Below are positions 19,098 through 28,191 of a stretch of DNA of 64,000 nt, piece after piece. A program made the position numbers and the translations under genes. The notes below the pieces were generated by a model. It did not search any database and was not told the origin of the DNA. It was given only the letters and a program-made list of their open reading frames with translations. Within the stretch, counting starts at the first letter, position 1, and every line of letters starts with the position of its first letter. The stretch is from an uncultured Klebsiella sp. (GTDB lineage Bacteria; Verrucomicrobiota; Verrucomicrobiia; Opitutales; UBA953): contig CAZXSI010000001.1 of assembly GCA_964643215.1 (NCBI GenBank), positions 23,029-87,028 on the forward strand, read 5' to 3'.

Positions 19098-20639
19098 TCA
19101 GAGCGGGCGGCGCAGCTTGCCGACCGGGACCGGGCGCAAGGCGGTGAACTCGGCCCCGAGGGTGTCCTTCAGCTTCTCCTTCAAGCCGGGCGGCAACGCC
19201 TTGACGGCCTCCGTGAATTCTTTGTCGCCGGGGAAGGCGGTCTTGCCGACTTCGGCGACCGGCAGGCTGGCGTGGGCGGCCTCCGGGAAGACGAAATCGG
19301 CCCTGCGGTCCGAGCTGCTGGCTTCGGCCTCGGCGGCATCGACGTCCAATGGCGGCAAGGATTCCTCGAGGAGGCCCGAGTCCTCGATCGGCACGTCCAC
19401 GACGCGGGAAGGAGTCGGGGCGACGGCCGGGGCGGGCTCGACGACGGGAGCGACCGCGACAGGTTCAGGCGTCGCCGGTGCGGCCGCCGAGGTCCTTATT
19501 TTTTTTTGGCCGGGCTCCCGAGGGAGACCAGCTGCGGCGGCGGCGATGTCTTTGATGAGCAGGTCGATCGACCGTGACCTGCTTTGCTCGATCGCCTTGA
19601 GCAGCGTCACCTCGAAGTTGGCCCGGGGCGAGAGCCCTTGGCGGATGCCGTTCTCCCCTTCCTGCAGGCATTCGAGCAGGCGCACGAGCTGTTCGGTCGC
19701 GAGCGGAGCGCCCAGCTGGGCGGAAGTCCCGCCGGAGCGGACGGCGTCGAGCGTGGCCGCGCGGACGCGGAGCTGGAGGTCGGCGAGCACGCGGAGCAGG
19801 TCGCGGCCTTCGGCATGGAAGGCGTCGCAGAGCGCGAGGATCTTCTTGCCGTCGCTCGTGGCGATGCCGTGGCAGAGGTCGGTGACCTGCTGGACGGAGG
19901 CCAGCCCGTAGATCGACAGCACGTCGGCTTCGGTGATCTGCTTGCCCGCGAAGGAGATGACCTGGTCGAGGATCGACTGCGAGTCGCGCATGCCGCCGGA
20001 AGCCAGGCGGGCGATGGCCGTGAGCGCGTGCTGGTCGGCCGTGACGCCGTCGGCCTTGACGATGCGGGCGAGCTGGGCGGCGATGACCTCCTCGGAGATC
20101 GGATGGAACTCCAGGCGCTGGCAGCGGGAGGTGATGGTCGGCAGGATCTTGTCCGCCTCCGTCGTCGCCAGGATGAACTTCACCCAGGGCGGCGGCTCCT
20201 CCAGCGTCTTGAGCAAGGCGTTGAACGCCTCCTTGGTGAGCTGGTGGACTTCGTCGATGATGAAGACCTTGAACGGGCAGTTGGTCGGCGCGTACTGGCA
20301 TTCGTCGCGGATCTTCTTCGCGTCGTCGATGCCGCGGTTGGACGCGGCGTCGATCTCGACGACGTCCAGGCAGCTGCCCTGCTCGATCGCGAGGCAGACG
20401 GGGTCGTCGAGGGCGAAGTCGGGCTTCGGACCGCCGGCGCAGTTAAGGGCCTTGGCCAGGATGCGGGCGGTGGTCGTCTTGCCGGTGCCGCGCGGACCGA
20501 TGAACAGGTAGGCGTGCGCCATGCGCTTCGTCTCGAGCGCGTTGCGGAGGGTCCGGACGATATGCTCCTGTCCGACGAGTTCGTCGAAACGGCGTGGGCG
20601 CCAGCGGCGCGCGATGACCTGGAAGCCGGGTTCGGACAC
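19098..20639 (-). CDS. dnaX: DNA polymerase III subunit gamma/tau
   Basis: 513 aa. Motifs are GPRGTGKTT, FIIDEVHQL and the SRC motif (TSRCQR). The C-terminal tail is A/P-rich. Confidence 0.95.
   Translation of the reverse strand: MSEPGFQVIARRWRPRRFDELVGQEHIVRTLRNALETKRMAHAYLFIGPRGTGKTTTARILAKALNCAGGPKPDFALDDPVCLAIEQGSCLDVVEIDAASNRGIDDAKKIRDECQYAPTNCPFKVFIIDEVHQLTKEAFNALLKTLEEPPPWVKFILATTEADKILPTITSRCQRLEFHPISEEVIAAQLARIVKADGVTADQHALTAIARLASGGMRDSQSILDQVISFAGKQITEADVLSIYGLASVQQVTDLCHGIATSDGKKILALCDAFHAEGRDLLRVLADLQLRVRAATLDAVRSGGTSAQLGAPLATEQLVRLLECLQEGENGIRQGLSPRANFEVTLLKAIEQSRSRSIDLLIKDIAAAAAGLPREPGQKKIRTSAAAPATPEPVAVAPVVEPAPAVAPTPSRVVDVPIEDSGLLEESLPPLDVDAAEAEASSSDRRADFVFPEAAHASLPVAEVGKTAFPGDKEFTEAVKALPPGLKEKLKDTLGAEFTALRPVPVGKLRRPL
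19499..19507 (-). other. A9 homopolymer (mRNA sense) inside dnaX, a candidate slippage/frameshift site
   Basis: The minus strand reads C AAA AAA AAA TAA GG at codons Q378-K379-K380-I381. The +1 frame reads TAA immediately after the run. The -1 frame reaches TGA about a dozen codons later. Confidence 0.5.
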
Positions 20640-20691
20640 TGGCGACTAGGTAAGGACGGGCCGAAGGGGTGTCAACGGGGCAAACCCCGGC

Positions 20692-22248
20692 TTATTCCCA
20701 TTCGATGGTCGCCGGCGGCTTGGACGACACGTCGTAGACCACGCGGTTGATGCCCTTCACCTCGTTGATGATGCGGGTCGAGGCGCGCTGCAGCACGTCG
20801 TACGGCAGGCGGGCCCAGTCGGCGGTCATCGCGTCGGAGGAAGTCACGGCGCGCAGGGCGCAGACGTTGTCGTAGGTGCGGCCGTCGCCCATGACCCCGA
20901 CGCTGCGGACCGGGAGGAAGACCGCGAAGGCCTGCCAGACCTTGGCGTACTGGCCGGAGGCGCGGAGCTCGTTGATGAAGATGTCGTCGGCCTTGCGGAG
21001 CACCTCGAGGCGTTCCTTGGTGATGTCGCCGCAGACACGGACCGCGAGGCCGGGGCCCGGGAACGGGTGGCGCCAGACCATGTCGTGCGGCAGGCCGAGG
21101 GCTTCGCCGAGGGCGCGGACCTCGTCCTTGAAGAGCTCGCGCAGGGGCTCGAGCAGCTTCAGCTTCATGTGCTTCGGCAGGCCGCCCACGTTGTGGTGGC
21201 TCTTGATCGTCGCGGCCGGGCCGCCGTTGGGCGAGAGGGATTCGATGACGTCGGGGTAGAGCGTGCCCTGGGCGAGGAAGTCGACCTTGCCCTTCTTCGT
21301 GCGCTGCACCTCGGCGATGGAGCGCTCGAAGACCTTGATGAACTCATGCCCGATGATCTTGCGCTTGCGCTCGGGATCGGTGACGCCCTTGAGCTTGCGC
21401 AGGAAGACCGCGGAGGCGTCGACGACGCGGAGGTCGACCTTGAACTTGCCGCGGAACATCTTCTCGACCTGCGCGCGTTCGTTGAGGCGGAGCAGGCCGT
21501 TGTCGACGAAGACGCAGGTCAGCTGCCGGCCGATGGCGCGCTGGATGAGGGCCGCCGCGACGGAGGAATCGACGCCGCCGGAAAGGCCGAGGATGACCTG
21601 CGACTTGCCGACCTTCTCGCGGATCTCGCGGACGGCCGTCTCGACGTAGTCGTCCATCTTCCAGGTCGGCTGGCAGCGGCAGATGCGGAAGAGGAAGTTG
21701 CGGAGGATGTCGATGCCGCGCTCGGAGTGGGCGACCTCGGGGTGGAACTGGATGCCGTAGAAGCGGCGCTTCGGGTCCTCGATGACCGCGCACTCGGAGT
21801 TCTCGGTCGAGGCGACGGCCTTGAAGCCGCGCGGGAGGCGCGTGATCTTGTCGCCGTGCGAGTTCCAGACGCGCAGCGGGGACTTCAGGCCCTGCAGGAG
21901 CTGGGAGCCCTTGCCGAAGGACAGGACGCCGTGGCCGTATTCGCGGTGCGAGCTGCTGGCGACGTTGCCGCCGAGCATCTGGCCCATGAGCTGGACGCCG
22001 TAGCAGATGCCGAGCACGGGCAGGCCCATCTCGAAGACGCCGGGGTGCGGATGCGGCGAGCCCTTGGCCTTCACGCTGTCGGGGCCGCCGGAGAGGATGA
22101 CGCCCACGACGCCGTCGGCGCGGAGGGTCTCCGGCGTGACGCCGAAAGGATAGATGCGGGAGTGGACGTTGCACTCGCGGACGCGGCGCGCGATGACCTT
22201 GGTCAGCTGCGAGCCGAAATCGAGAATGGCGATGGACTGGGTGGCCAT
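20692..22248 (-). CDS. guaA: GMP synthase (glutamine-hydrolysing)
   Basis: A GATase domain (ILDFGSQ...GICYG...HPE) and an ATP-PPase domain (SGGVDSSV). The C-terminus ends ...KPPATIEWE. The likely start is [12 protein letters not shown] at 22248. Confidence 0.95.
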   Translation of the reverse strand: MATQSIAILDFGSQLTKVIARRVRECNVHSRIYPFGVTPETLRADGVVGVILSGGPDSVKAKGSPHPHPGVFEMGLPVLGICYGVQLMGQMLGGNVASSSHREYGHGVLSFGKGSQLLQGLKSPLRVWNSHGDKITRLPRGFKAVASTENSECAVIEDPKRRFYGIQFHPEVAHSERGIDILRNFLFRICRCQPTWKMDDYVETAVREIREKVGKSQVILGLSGGVDSSVAAALIQRAIGRQLTCVFVDNGLLRLNERAQVEKMFRGKFKVDLRVVDASAVFLRKLKGVTDPERKRKIIGHEFIKVFERSIAEVQRTKKGKVDFLAQGTLYPDVIESLSPNGGPAATIKSHHNVGGLPKHMKLKLLEPLRELFKDEVRALGEALGLPHDMVWRHPFPGPGLAVRVCGDITKERLEVLRKADDIFINELRASGQYAKVWQAFAVFLPVRSVGVMGDGRTYDNVCALRAVTSSDAMTADWARLPYDVLQRASTRIINEVKGINRVVYDVSSKPPATIEWE

Positions 22249-22267
22249 GGGGAAAAGTGTGGGGGAT

Positions 22268-22504
22268 TCAGAACTTGAGGCGAACATTGTTCCATCCGCA
22301 ACGGGGGCAGACGGCCTCCTCGCGGCGGCGGGGGCGGACGTAGGTCACGTTGCAGCGGACGCAGGAAAACGCCGAATTGATGCGGCGATGGTCCGAAAGG
22401 AGCACGTCGCGACGATCGTACCAGGCCTGGAGGCCGAAAAGCACGAGCGCGCCGAGGCCGGCCAGGAAGGCCAGGAAGACGGCGAGGTCGACGGACTGCA
22501 GCAT
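22268..22504 (-). CDS. Small membrane-anchored zinc-ribbon protein (hypothetical)
   Basis: 78 aa with one N-terminal TM helix ([21 protein letters not shown]) and a CxxC...CxxC motif (CVRCNVTY...CPRCGW). It fills the gap between the rplQ terminator and guaA on the same strand. Confidence 0.45.
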   Translation of the reverse strand: MLQSVDLAVFLAFLAGLGALVLFGLQAWYDRRDVLLSDHRRINSAFSCVRCNVTYVRPRRREEAVCPRCGWNNVRLKF

Positions 22505-22520
22505 GGTGGGCGAAGGGGGT

Positions 22521-22561
22521 TAAAAAGGCGAGACGCGCCAGCCGGGGGGCGGACGCGTCTC
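22521..22561 (-). terminator. Rho-independent terminator after rplQ (end of the ribosomal super-operon)
   Basis: On the minus strand: a 9-bp stem CGAGACGCG / CGCGTCTCG with a 16-nt loop, followed by CCTTTTTAA. Confidence 0.6.
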
Positions 22562-22584
22562 GGGTTCAGGCCTGGGCGATAAGC

Positions 22585-23055
22585 TTAGGCCTGAGCAGGA
22601 GCGGCGGCCGCTTCCTTCTGGGCCTTGGGCTTGCGGGCGGCCTTGGCCTTCGGGGTCATGGCGGGGGACTTGTCGTCCTTGGCCACGAGCTCGATGAGGG
22701 CGGTCTCGGCCGCGTCGCCCTTACGGGCGCCGAGCTTGTAGATGCGGGTGTAGCCGCCGGTGCGGCCGAGGAACTGCTGCACGCGCTCCTTGAACAGGAG
22801 CTGGGCGGCGTCTTCGTTGCGCAGCTTGGCGAGGGCCAGGCGGTAGTAGTGCAGCTTCACCGACTTGTCGGCGGACTGCTCGGCCTTCTTGGCGTAGGTG
22901 ATGAGATGCTCGGCGAAAGGGCGGAGGGCCTTGGCGCGGGAGAGCGTCGTCGTGATGCGCGCGTTGGTGAACAGCGCGGAAGCGAGATTGCCGATCAGCG
23001 AGCGGCGGTGGGCCGTCTTGACGCCGAGGACGTGATGGTGGGTGCGGTGACGCAT
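22585..23055 (-). CDS. rplQ: 50S ribosomal protein L17
   Basis: MRHRTHHHVLGVKTAHRRSLIGNLASALF...TTLSRAKALRPFAEHLIT. The C-terminal tail is K/A-rich. Confidence 0.95.
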   Translation of the reverse strand: MRHRTHHHVLGVKTAHRRSLIGNLASALFTNARITTTLSRAKALRPFAEHLITYAKKAEQSADKSVKLHYYRLALAKLRNEDAAQLLFKERVQQFLGRTGGYTRIYKLGARKGDAAETALIELVAKDDKSPAMTPKAKAARKPKAQKEAAAAPAQA

Positions 23056-23076
23056 GAGGGTGGGTTCCGGTCTGGA

Positions 23077-24093
23077 TTAGGCGTTCACGCCCTTGTCGAG
23101 GAGGCCTTCGTTGATCTTCTGGCCGAGGGACAGGCCGAGCTGCTCGAGCTTGGCCTTGATCTCGTTCAGGGACTTCTTGCCGAAGTTGCGGTACTTGAGC
23201 ATCTCCTGCTCGGTCTTCATCGCCAGCTCGCCGACGGTGTTGATGTTGGCGTTGTTGAGGCAGTTGGCGGCGCGGACGGAGAGCTCGATCTCGTTGACCG
23301 ACATGTTGAGCAGCTTGCGGAGACGGTTGGTCTCCTCGCTGATCTCCTTGTGGCCGGTCTCGAACTCGACGGAATCGGCGGAGACCGTGTCGAAGACCTC
23401 GAGGTGGTGGCGCAGGATCGCGGAGGCTTCCTTGAGGGCTTCGTCCGGGGTGATGCGGCCGTCGGTCGAGATCTCGAGGACGAGCTTGTCGTAGTCGGTC
23501 TTGTCGCCCGAGCGGGTGGACTCGACGGAGTACTTCACGAGGGTGACGGGCGAGAAGAGGGAGTCGACGGGGATGGAACCGATGGCCTGCTCGGCCTTCT
23601 TGTTCTCCTCGGCGGAAGCCCAGCTGCGGCCCACGGTGACCTCGAGGTCGGCGTAGAAGCGACGCTTGCGGTCGAGGGTGCAGATGACCTGGTCAGGGTT
23701 GACGAGGGTGACGGTGGCGCCCTTGGTCTCGAACTTGATGTCCGAAGCCTTCACGGGGCCGGTCTTGTTGACGTCGATGGTGCCCTTGAAGGCCTCGCGC
23801 TTGTTGGCTTCGGTGCGGATGCGCACCTTCTTGAGGTTCAGGACGATCTCGGTGACGTCCTCGACGACGCCTTCGATCGGCTGGAACTCGTGCTGCACGC
23901 CTTCGATCGTCACGGCGGAGATCGCGGCGCCTTCGATGGAGCTCAGCAGGATGCGGCGGAGCGAGTTGCCGACGGTGTGGCCGAAGCCGGTCTCGAAGGG
24001 CTCGGCGAAATACTTCGCGTAGGTGGGGGTGGCGGAAGACTCCTCCTTCTTGAGGGTCTTGGGGCGTTGGAACTGTCCGAGTCGCTTGGTCAT
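23077..24093 (-). CDS. rpoA: DNA-directed RNA polymerase subunit alpha
   Basis: The internal ATG at 24093 gives 338 aa: ...FAEPFETGFGHTVGNSLRRILLSSIEGAAI... The C-terminal domain reads ELSVRAANCLNNANINTVGEL. The upstream S/P/A-rich part of the track ORF has no homology. Confidence 0.95.
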   Translation of the reverse strand: MTKRLGQFQRPKTLKKEESSATPTYAKYFAEPFETGFGHTVGNSLRRILLSSIEGAAISAVTIEGVQHEFQPIEGVVEDVTEIVLNLKKVRIRTEANKREAFKGTIDVNKTGPVKASDIKFETKGATVTLVNPDQVICTLDRKRRFYADLEVTVGRSWASAEENKKAEQAIGSIPVDSLFSPVTLVKYSVESTRSGDKTDYDKLVLEISTDGRITPDEALKEASAILRHHLEVFDTVSADSVEFETGHKEISEETNRLRKLLNMSVNEIELSVRAANCLNNANINTVGELAMKTEQEMLKYRNFGKKSLNEIKAKLEQLGLSLGQKINEGLLDKGVNA

Positions 24094-24130
24094 GTCTGTG
24101 GGTCCGGTTGGTGTTGGTTCTGTGCCGGGA

Positions 24131-24739
24131 TCAGCGGCTGTAGAATTCGACGATGATCTGGACGTTGACGTCGGAAGGCAGTTCTTCCTTGGCGGGCTCA
24201 CGGACGATCTGGCCGTTGAGCTGCTCGGGGAGGACGACGAGCCAGGCGGGAGCGGAGCGACCCTGGCCTTCTTCGACGGCGCGGGTGGCGAGCTGCTTGG
24301 AGGAGGTGCGGTCGCGGACTTCGATCTTCTCGCCGGGCGAGGTGGCGTAGCTGGCGACGTCGACCTTGCGGCCGTCGACGCGGATGTGGCCGTGGCCGAC
24401 GAGCTGGCGGGCGGCGGCGCGGGAATTGGCGAAACCAAGGCGGAACACCACGTTGTCGAGACGGGTCTCGAGGATGCGGAGGAAGTTGTCGCCGGCGACG
24501 CCGCCCATGCGCTTGGCGCGCTCGAAGGAGAGGCGGAACTGCTTCTCGGTGAGGCCGTACATCATGCGCAGCTTCTGCTTCTCGTTGAGGCCGACGCCGT
24601 ATTCGGAGACCTTGCGGCGGGTCGTCTTGCCGTGGATGCCCGGAGGGTACGGACGACGCTCCTCACCCTTGGAGGTGGGGAAAATATTCTGGCCGAAGCG
24701 ACGATTGAGCTTCGTGGTGGGACCGGTGTAACGAGACAT
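24131..24739 (-). CDS. rpsD: 30S ribosomal protein S4
   Basis: MSRYTGPTTKLNRRFGQNIF...EKQKLRMMYGLTEKQFR...LETRLDNVVFRLGFA. Confidence 0.95.
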   Translation of the reverse strand: MSRYTGPTTKLNRRFGQNIFPTSKGEERRPYPPGIHGKTTRRKVSEYGVGLNEKQKLRMMYGLTEKQFRLSFERAKRMGGVAGDNFLRILETRLDNVVFRLGFANSRAAARQLVGHGHIRVDGRKVDVASYATSPGEKIEVRDRTSSKQLATRAVEEGQGRSAPAWLVVLPEQLNGQIVREPAKEELPSDVNVQIIVEFYSR

Positions 24740-24825
24740 GGTGTGTTAGGATTTGGTAGAGGTGGCGGATTGAAGGACCCGCCCGGTTTGCCATAGCCGG
24801 GCGGTGATGCGGAAAGCGGGGACGA

Positions 24826-25374
24826 TCAGACGCGACGGCGCTTGGGCGGGCGGCAGCCGTTGTGCGGGATCGGGGTGGTGTCGAGGATCGAGGTGACGTT
24901 CAGGCCGAGCACCTGGAGGGCGCGGATGGCGCTGTCGCGGCCCATGCCCGGACCCTTGACGCGGACGGAGACGTCCTTGAGGCCGTGGGCCATGGCGAGC
25001 TTGGCGGCCTCGGAGCAGACGACCTGCGCGGCGTAGGCGGTGGACTTGCGGGAACCGCGGAACTGGTGGCGGCCGGCGCTGCCCCAGGAGATCACGTTGC
25101 CGTTGGCGTCGGTGATCGTGACCTTGGTGTTGTTGAAGGTGGCCAGGATGTGGCAGATGCCGGTGGTGATGTTCTTCGAGCCCTTGGCGCGACGGACCTT
25201 CACCTCGCCGAGCTCTTCGCCGAGGAGCTCCTTGGCGGTGATCTCCTTGCGCTCGGGGGCGGCGGCCTCGGCCGGGGCGGCCGCGGCGGCCACGGCTTCG
25301 GGGGCGGCCGCGGTTTCGGCGGCGGGGGCCTTCGGCTTCTTGGCCTTGGGCGTCTTGGGGGCTTCTTCGCTCAT
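24826..25374 (-). CDS. rpsK: 30S ribosomal protein S11 (with about 60 aa of N-terminal A/P/K-rich extension)
   Basis: The conserved core is [30 protein letters not shown]...[13 protein letters not shown]. Confidence 0.9.
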   Translation of the reverse strand: MSEEAPKTPKAKKPKAPAAETAAAPEAVAAAAAPAEAAAPERKEITAKELLGEELGEVKVRRAKGSKNITTGICHILATFNNTKVTITDANGNVISWGSAGRHQFRGSRKSTAYAAQVVCSEAAKLAMAHGLKDVSVRVKGPGMGRDSAIRALQVLGLNVTSILDTTPIPHNGCRPPKRRRV

Positions 25375-25403
25375 CGTTAAATAGTGTTAGGAGAAAGGTT
25401 GGC

Positions 25404-25784
25404 TTACTTGGACGGGGCCGCGGCGACGCCGACGGTCTTGCGCTTGCCCTTGCGGGTACGGGCGTTGGTGCGCGTGCGCTGACCGCGGACCGGGAGGCCG
25501 CGGAAGTGGCGGAGGCCGCGGTAGCACTTGATCGCCTGGAGGCGCTTCAGGTTCTGGGCGATGTCGCGGCGGAGGTCGCCCTCGCACTTGTAGCCCATGC
25601 GGACGATGTACTCGACGATCTTGTTCAGCTGCTCCTCAGAGAGATTCTGGGCGCGCATGGCGGGATCGAAGCCGAGAGCCTCGCAGATCTCCGTGGCGCG
25701 GCGGGGGCCGATGCCATAGATGTAGCGGAGAGAGATCTCTACTTTCTTGTTGTTGGGAATGTCTACGCCGAGGATTCGAGGCAT
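25404..25784 (-). CDS. rpsM: 30S ribosomal protein S13
   Basis: The internal ATG at 25784 gives [33 protein letters not shown]... Confidence 0.95.
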   Translation of the reverse strand: MPRILGVDIPNNKKVEISLRYIYGIGPRRATEICEALGFDPAMRAQNLSEEQLNKIVEYIVRMGYKCEGDLRRDIAQNLKRLQAIKCYRGLRHFRGLPVRGQRTRTNARTRKGKRKTVGVAAAPSK

Positions 25785-25863
25785 GGTGTCCGTGCTGTTT
25801 GGAAGGTGGGAAAGAGGTCGGAACTTGAAGGTTCTGGTGGGATTTGAAAGCAAAAAATGCGGT

Positions 25864-26625
25864 TTAAACGAGGGTCAGGATTTCCGCCCCGGTTTCGGTC
25901 ACCAGAACGGTGTGTTCGAAGTGCGCGGAGACCTTGCCGTCGGCCGTCCGGGCGGTCCAACCGTCCGAAGCCATGACGATCTTATGGGAACCAAGGTTTA
26001 CCATCGGCTCGATGGCTAAAGCCATACCAGCCAATAACTTAGGTCCAGTTCCAGCCTTGCCGTAATTCGGGATCTGGGGCTCCTCGTGCATCTTCCGGCC
26101 GACGCCATGGCCGACGAAGTCCCGGACGATGCCGTACCCCCCGGGGGTCAAGGCCTCCTGTATCGCCGCGGAGATATCCCCCACCCTGTTGCCCGGCTTC
26201 ACCGCGGCGATGCCGGCCAGGAGGGATTGCTCGGTGTCCAGGCAGAGCTGACGGGCCCGCGGTTCGACCGCCCCGACCATGACGGTCCGGGCGTTGTCCC
26301 CGATGAAGCCGTCGCGGCGGACGACGACGTCCAGGGAGACGAGGTCGCCGTCCCGGATGATCCGGTCGGCGGCGCCGATGCCGTGGACGATCTCGTCGTT
26401 GACGGAGATGCAGACATAGCCGGGGTAGCTGAGACGGCCGACAACGTAGCCGTGGCAGGCGCTTTCGCAGCCATGCCGGACCATCAGGCCGCGGGCGGCG
26501 GAGTCCAGGCCGGCGGTCGAGATGCCCGGGACGACGAGCGTCGCGAGGTCATGCAGGACGCGGGCGGCCGCGGCGCAGGCGGCGCGCATGCGACTCACGT
26601 CCTCGGCCGACTTCAAATCGATCAT
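25864..26625 (-). CDS. map: Type I methionine aminopeptidase
   Basis: 253 aa. The pattern is ...[18 protein letters not shown]...DGDLVSLDV...[17 protein letters not shown]...LAIEPM...FEHTVLVT, which carries the metal-ligand pattern. Confidence 0.95.
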   Translation of the reverse strand: MIDLKSAEDVSRMRAACAAAARVLHDLATLVVPGISTAGLDSAARGLMVRHGCESACHGYVVGRLSYPGYVCISVNDEIVHGIGAADRIIRDGDLVSLDVVVRRDGFIGDNARTVMVGAVEPRARQLCLDTEQSLLAGIAAVKPGNRVGDISAAIQEALTPGGYGIVRDFVGHGVGRKMHEEPQIPNYGKAGTGPKLLAGMALAIEPMVNLGSHKIVMASDGWTARTADGKVSAHFEHTVLVTETGAEILTLV

Positions 26626-26637
26626 CCCGGGAAAGCC

Positions 26638-28191
26638 TTAGCGGGCGAACGGACCCCAATGGTTCAGTCCCCAGGCGATGAGCCCGATGACGAACATGGT
26701 CAGGCAGGTCTTCTCCAGCGAGCCGAGGGCGGAATTCTCGGCATCCGTGCGGAGTCCGGCGGCCGGCACCGGGATGCCGCCGATGCGGCCCTTCTTGAGG
26801 AAGCCTTCGTAGTTGCGCTGCAGCAGGTAGGTCTCCACCTGGCGCATCGTGTCGAGCATGACGCCCACCGTGATGAGGCCGCCCGTGCCGCCGAGGAACG
26901 TGGCGAGCCGCATCGGGAAGTTGAGCTGGACGATGAAGAGGTCCGGCATCAGCGCGATGATCAGCAGGAAGATCGAGCCGGCCAGCGTGAGGCGGGTCAT
27001 CACGAAATCCAGGAACTGCGCGGTGTGCTCGCCGGGGCGGACGCCGAGGATGTAGCCGTTGTTCTTCTTGAGGTCGTCGGCGATCTGCACCGGGCGGAAC
27101 ATGATCGAGATCCAGAAGTAGCTGAAGCCGAAGATCAGGATCGAGTAGACGGTGTAGTAGAAGCCGTTGTTGCGGGAGAAGAACGCGGCCCAGTCATGCA
27201 GGAAGGCGAGCGTCGGGAAATAGGTGCTCAGCGGGTTGAGCAGCATCGGCGGGAAGCTCATGATGGCGCCGGCGAAGATGACCGGCATCACGCCCGCGTA
27301 GTTGACCTTGAGCGGGAGGTAGTTGGTCTGCGCCCCGTACATCTTGCGCCCGACCATGCGCTGCGCGTACTGGATGGGGATCTTGCGGACGGCCTGGTTG
27401 ATGGCGACCATCGCGGCGGTCACGACCACGAAGAGCAGGACCATGCCGGCGGCCTTCTCCCAGCCATGGGAGTTGGCGGCGGCGGCGCCGACCTTGCCGC
27501 CGAACGTCATGTCGACGAACGAGGTGAGCGCGCCCGGGAGGTCGGCGAGGATGCCGATGGTGATCAGCACGGAGGTGCCGTTGCCGATGCCGCGCTGCGT
27601 GATCTGCTCGCCGAGCCAGAGCATGACGATCGCGCCGGAGGTCAGGAGGCAGACGCCGAGGCAGACGAAGAGCGTCTTGCTCTGCATCACCACGATGGTG
27701 CCGGTGAAGTTGCCGAGGCCGAGGGCCTGGCCGACCTGCTGCGGGTTGCAGAACGCGCCGAGCAGCAGCGCGGACTGGACGATCGCGATGACGATGGTGA
27801 GGTAGCGGGAATACTGGGCGACCTTCTGGCGGCCGACTTCGCCTTCCTGCTGCAGGCGGGCGATCGACGGGACGACCGCCGACATCAGCTGCATGATGAT
27901 GGAGGCGCTGATGTAGGGCATGATGCCCAGCGAGAAGACCGCGCCCTTGAGGAGCGCGCCGCCGGTGAACATGTTGTACATCGCGACCACTCCGCCCGAC
28001 GACTTGTCGGCCATGGAGTGGTAGTAATCCATGATGTCCTTCGGGTCGATGCCCGGCAGGGGGATGTTCGCGCCGATGCGGGCCACGAACACCAGGGCAA
28101 CCGTGGCGATCAGCCGGGCCCTGAGCTCAGGGATCCTCCAGCAGTTGGCGAAGGCCGAGAACATCGAGGACAGGGGCGAGCCGAGGCTCAC
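26638..28191 (-). CDS. secY: Preprotein translocase subunit SecY (517 aa, longer than usual)
   Basis: ...IPELRARLIATVALVFVARIGANIPLPGID...GAVFSLGIMPYISASIIMQL... with 10 or more TM segments. An extra C-terminal tail follows the usual ...YEGFLKKG end. Confidence 0.95.
   Translation of the reverse strand: MSLGSPLSSMFSAFANCWRIPELRARLIATVALVFVARIGANIPLPGIDPKDIMDYYHSMADKSSGGVVAMYNMFTGGALLKGAVFSLGIMPYISASIIMQLMSAVVPSIARLQQEGEVGRQKVAQYSRYLTIVIAIVQSALLLGAFCNPQQVGQALGLGNFTGTIVVMQSKTLFVCLGVCLLTSGAIVMLWLGEQITQRGIGNGTSVLITIGILADLPGALTSFVDMTFGGKVGAAAANSHGWEKAAGMVLLFVVVTAAMVAINQAVRKIPIQYAQRMVGRKMYGAQTNYLPLKVNYAGVMPVIFAGAIMSFPPMLLNPLSTYFPTLAFLHDWAAFFSRNNGFYYTVYSILIFGFSYFWISIMFRPVQIADDLKKNNGYILGVRPGEHTAQFLDFVMTRLTLAGSIFLLIIALMPDLFIVQLNFPMRLATFLGGTGGLITVGVMLDTMRQVETYLLQRNYEGFLKKGRIGGIPVPAAGLRTDAENSALGSLEKTCLTMFVIGLIAWGLNHWGPFAR

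Noticed and set aside
24094-24438. N-terminal extensions in track ORFs: rpoA (S/P/A-rich, 115 aa), rplR (29683-30018), rpsM, rpsL, rplU (60632-60829), rpsU, guaA, and the TPR-like and methyltransferase genes.
   Set aside because: Homology begins at internal ATGs. The upstream parts overlap neighbouring genes or are low-complexity read-through of GC-rich spacers.
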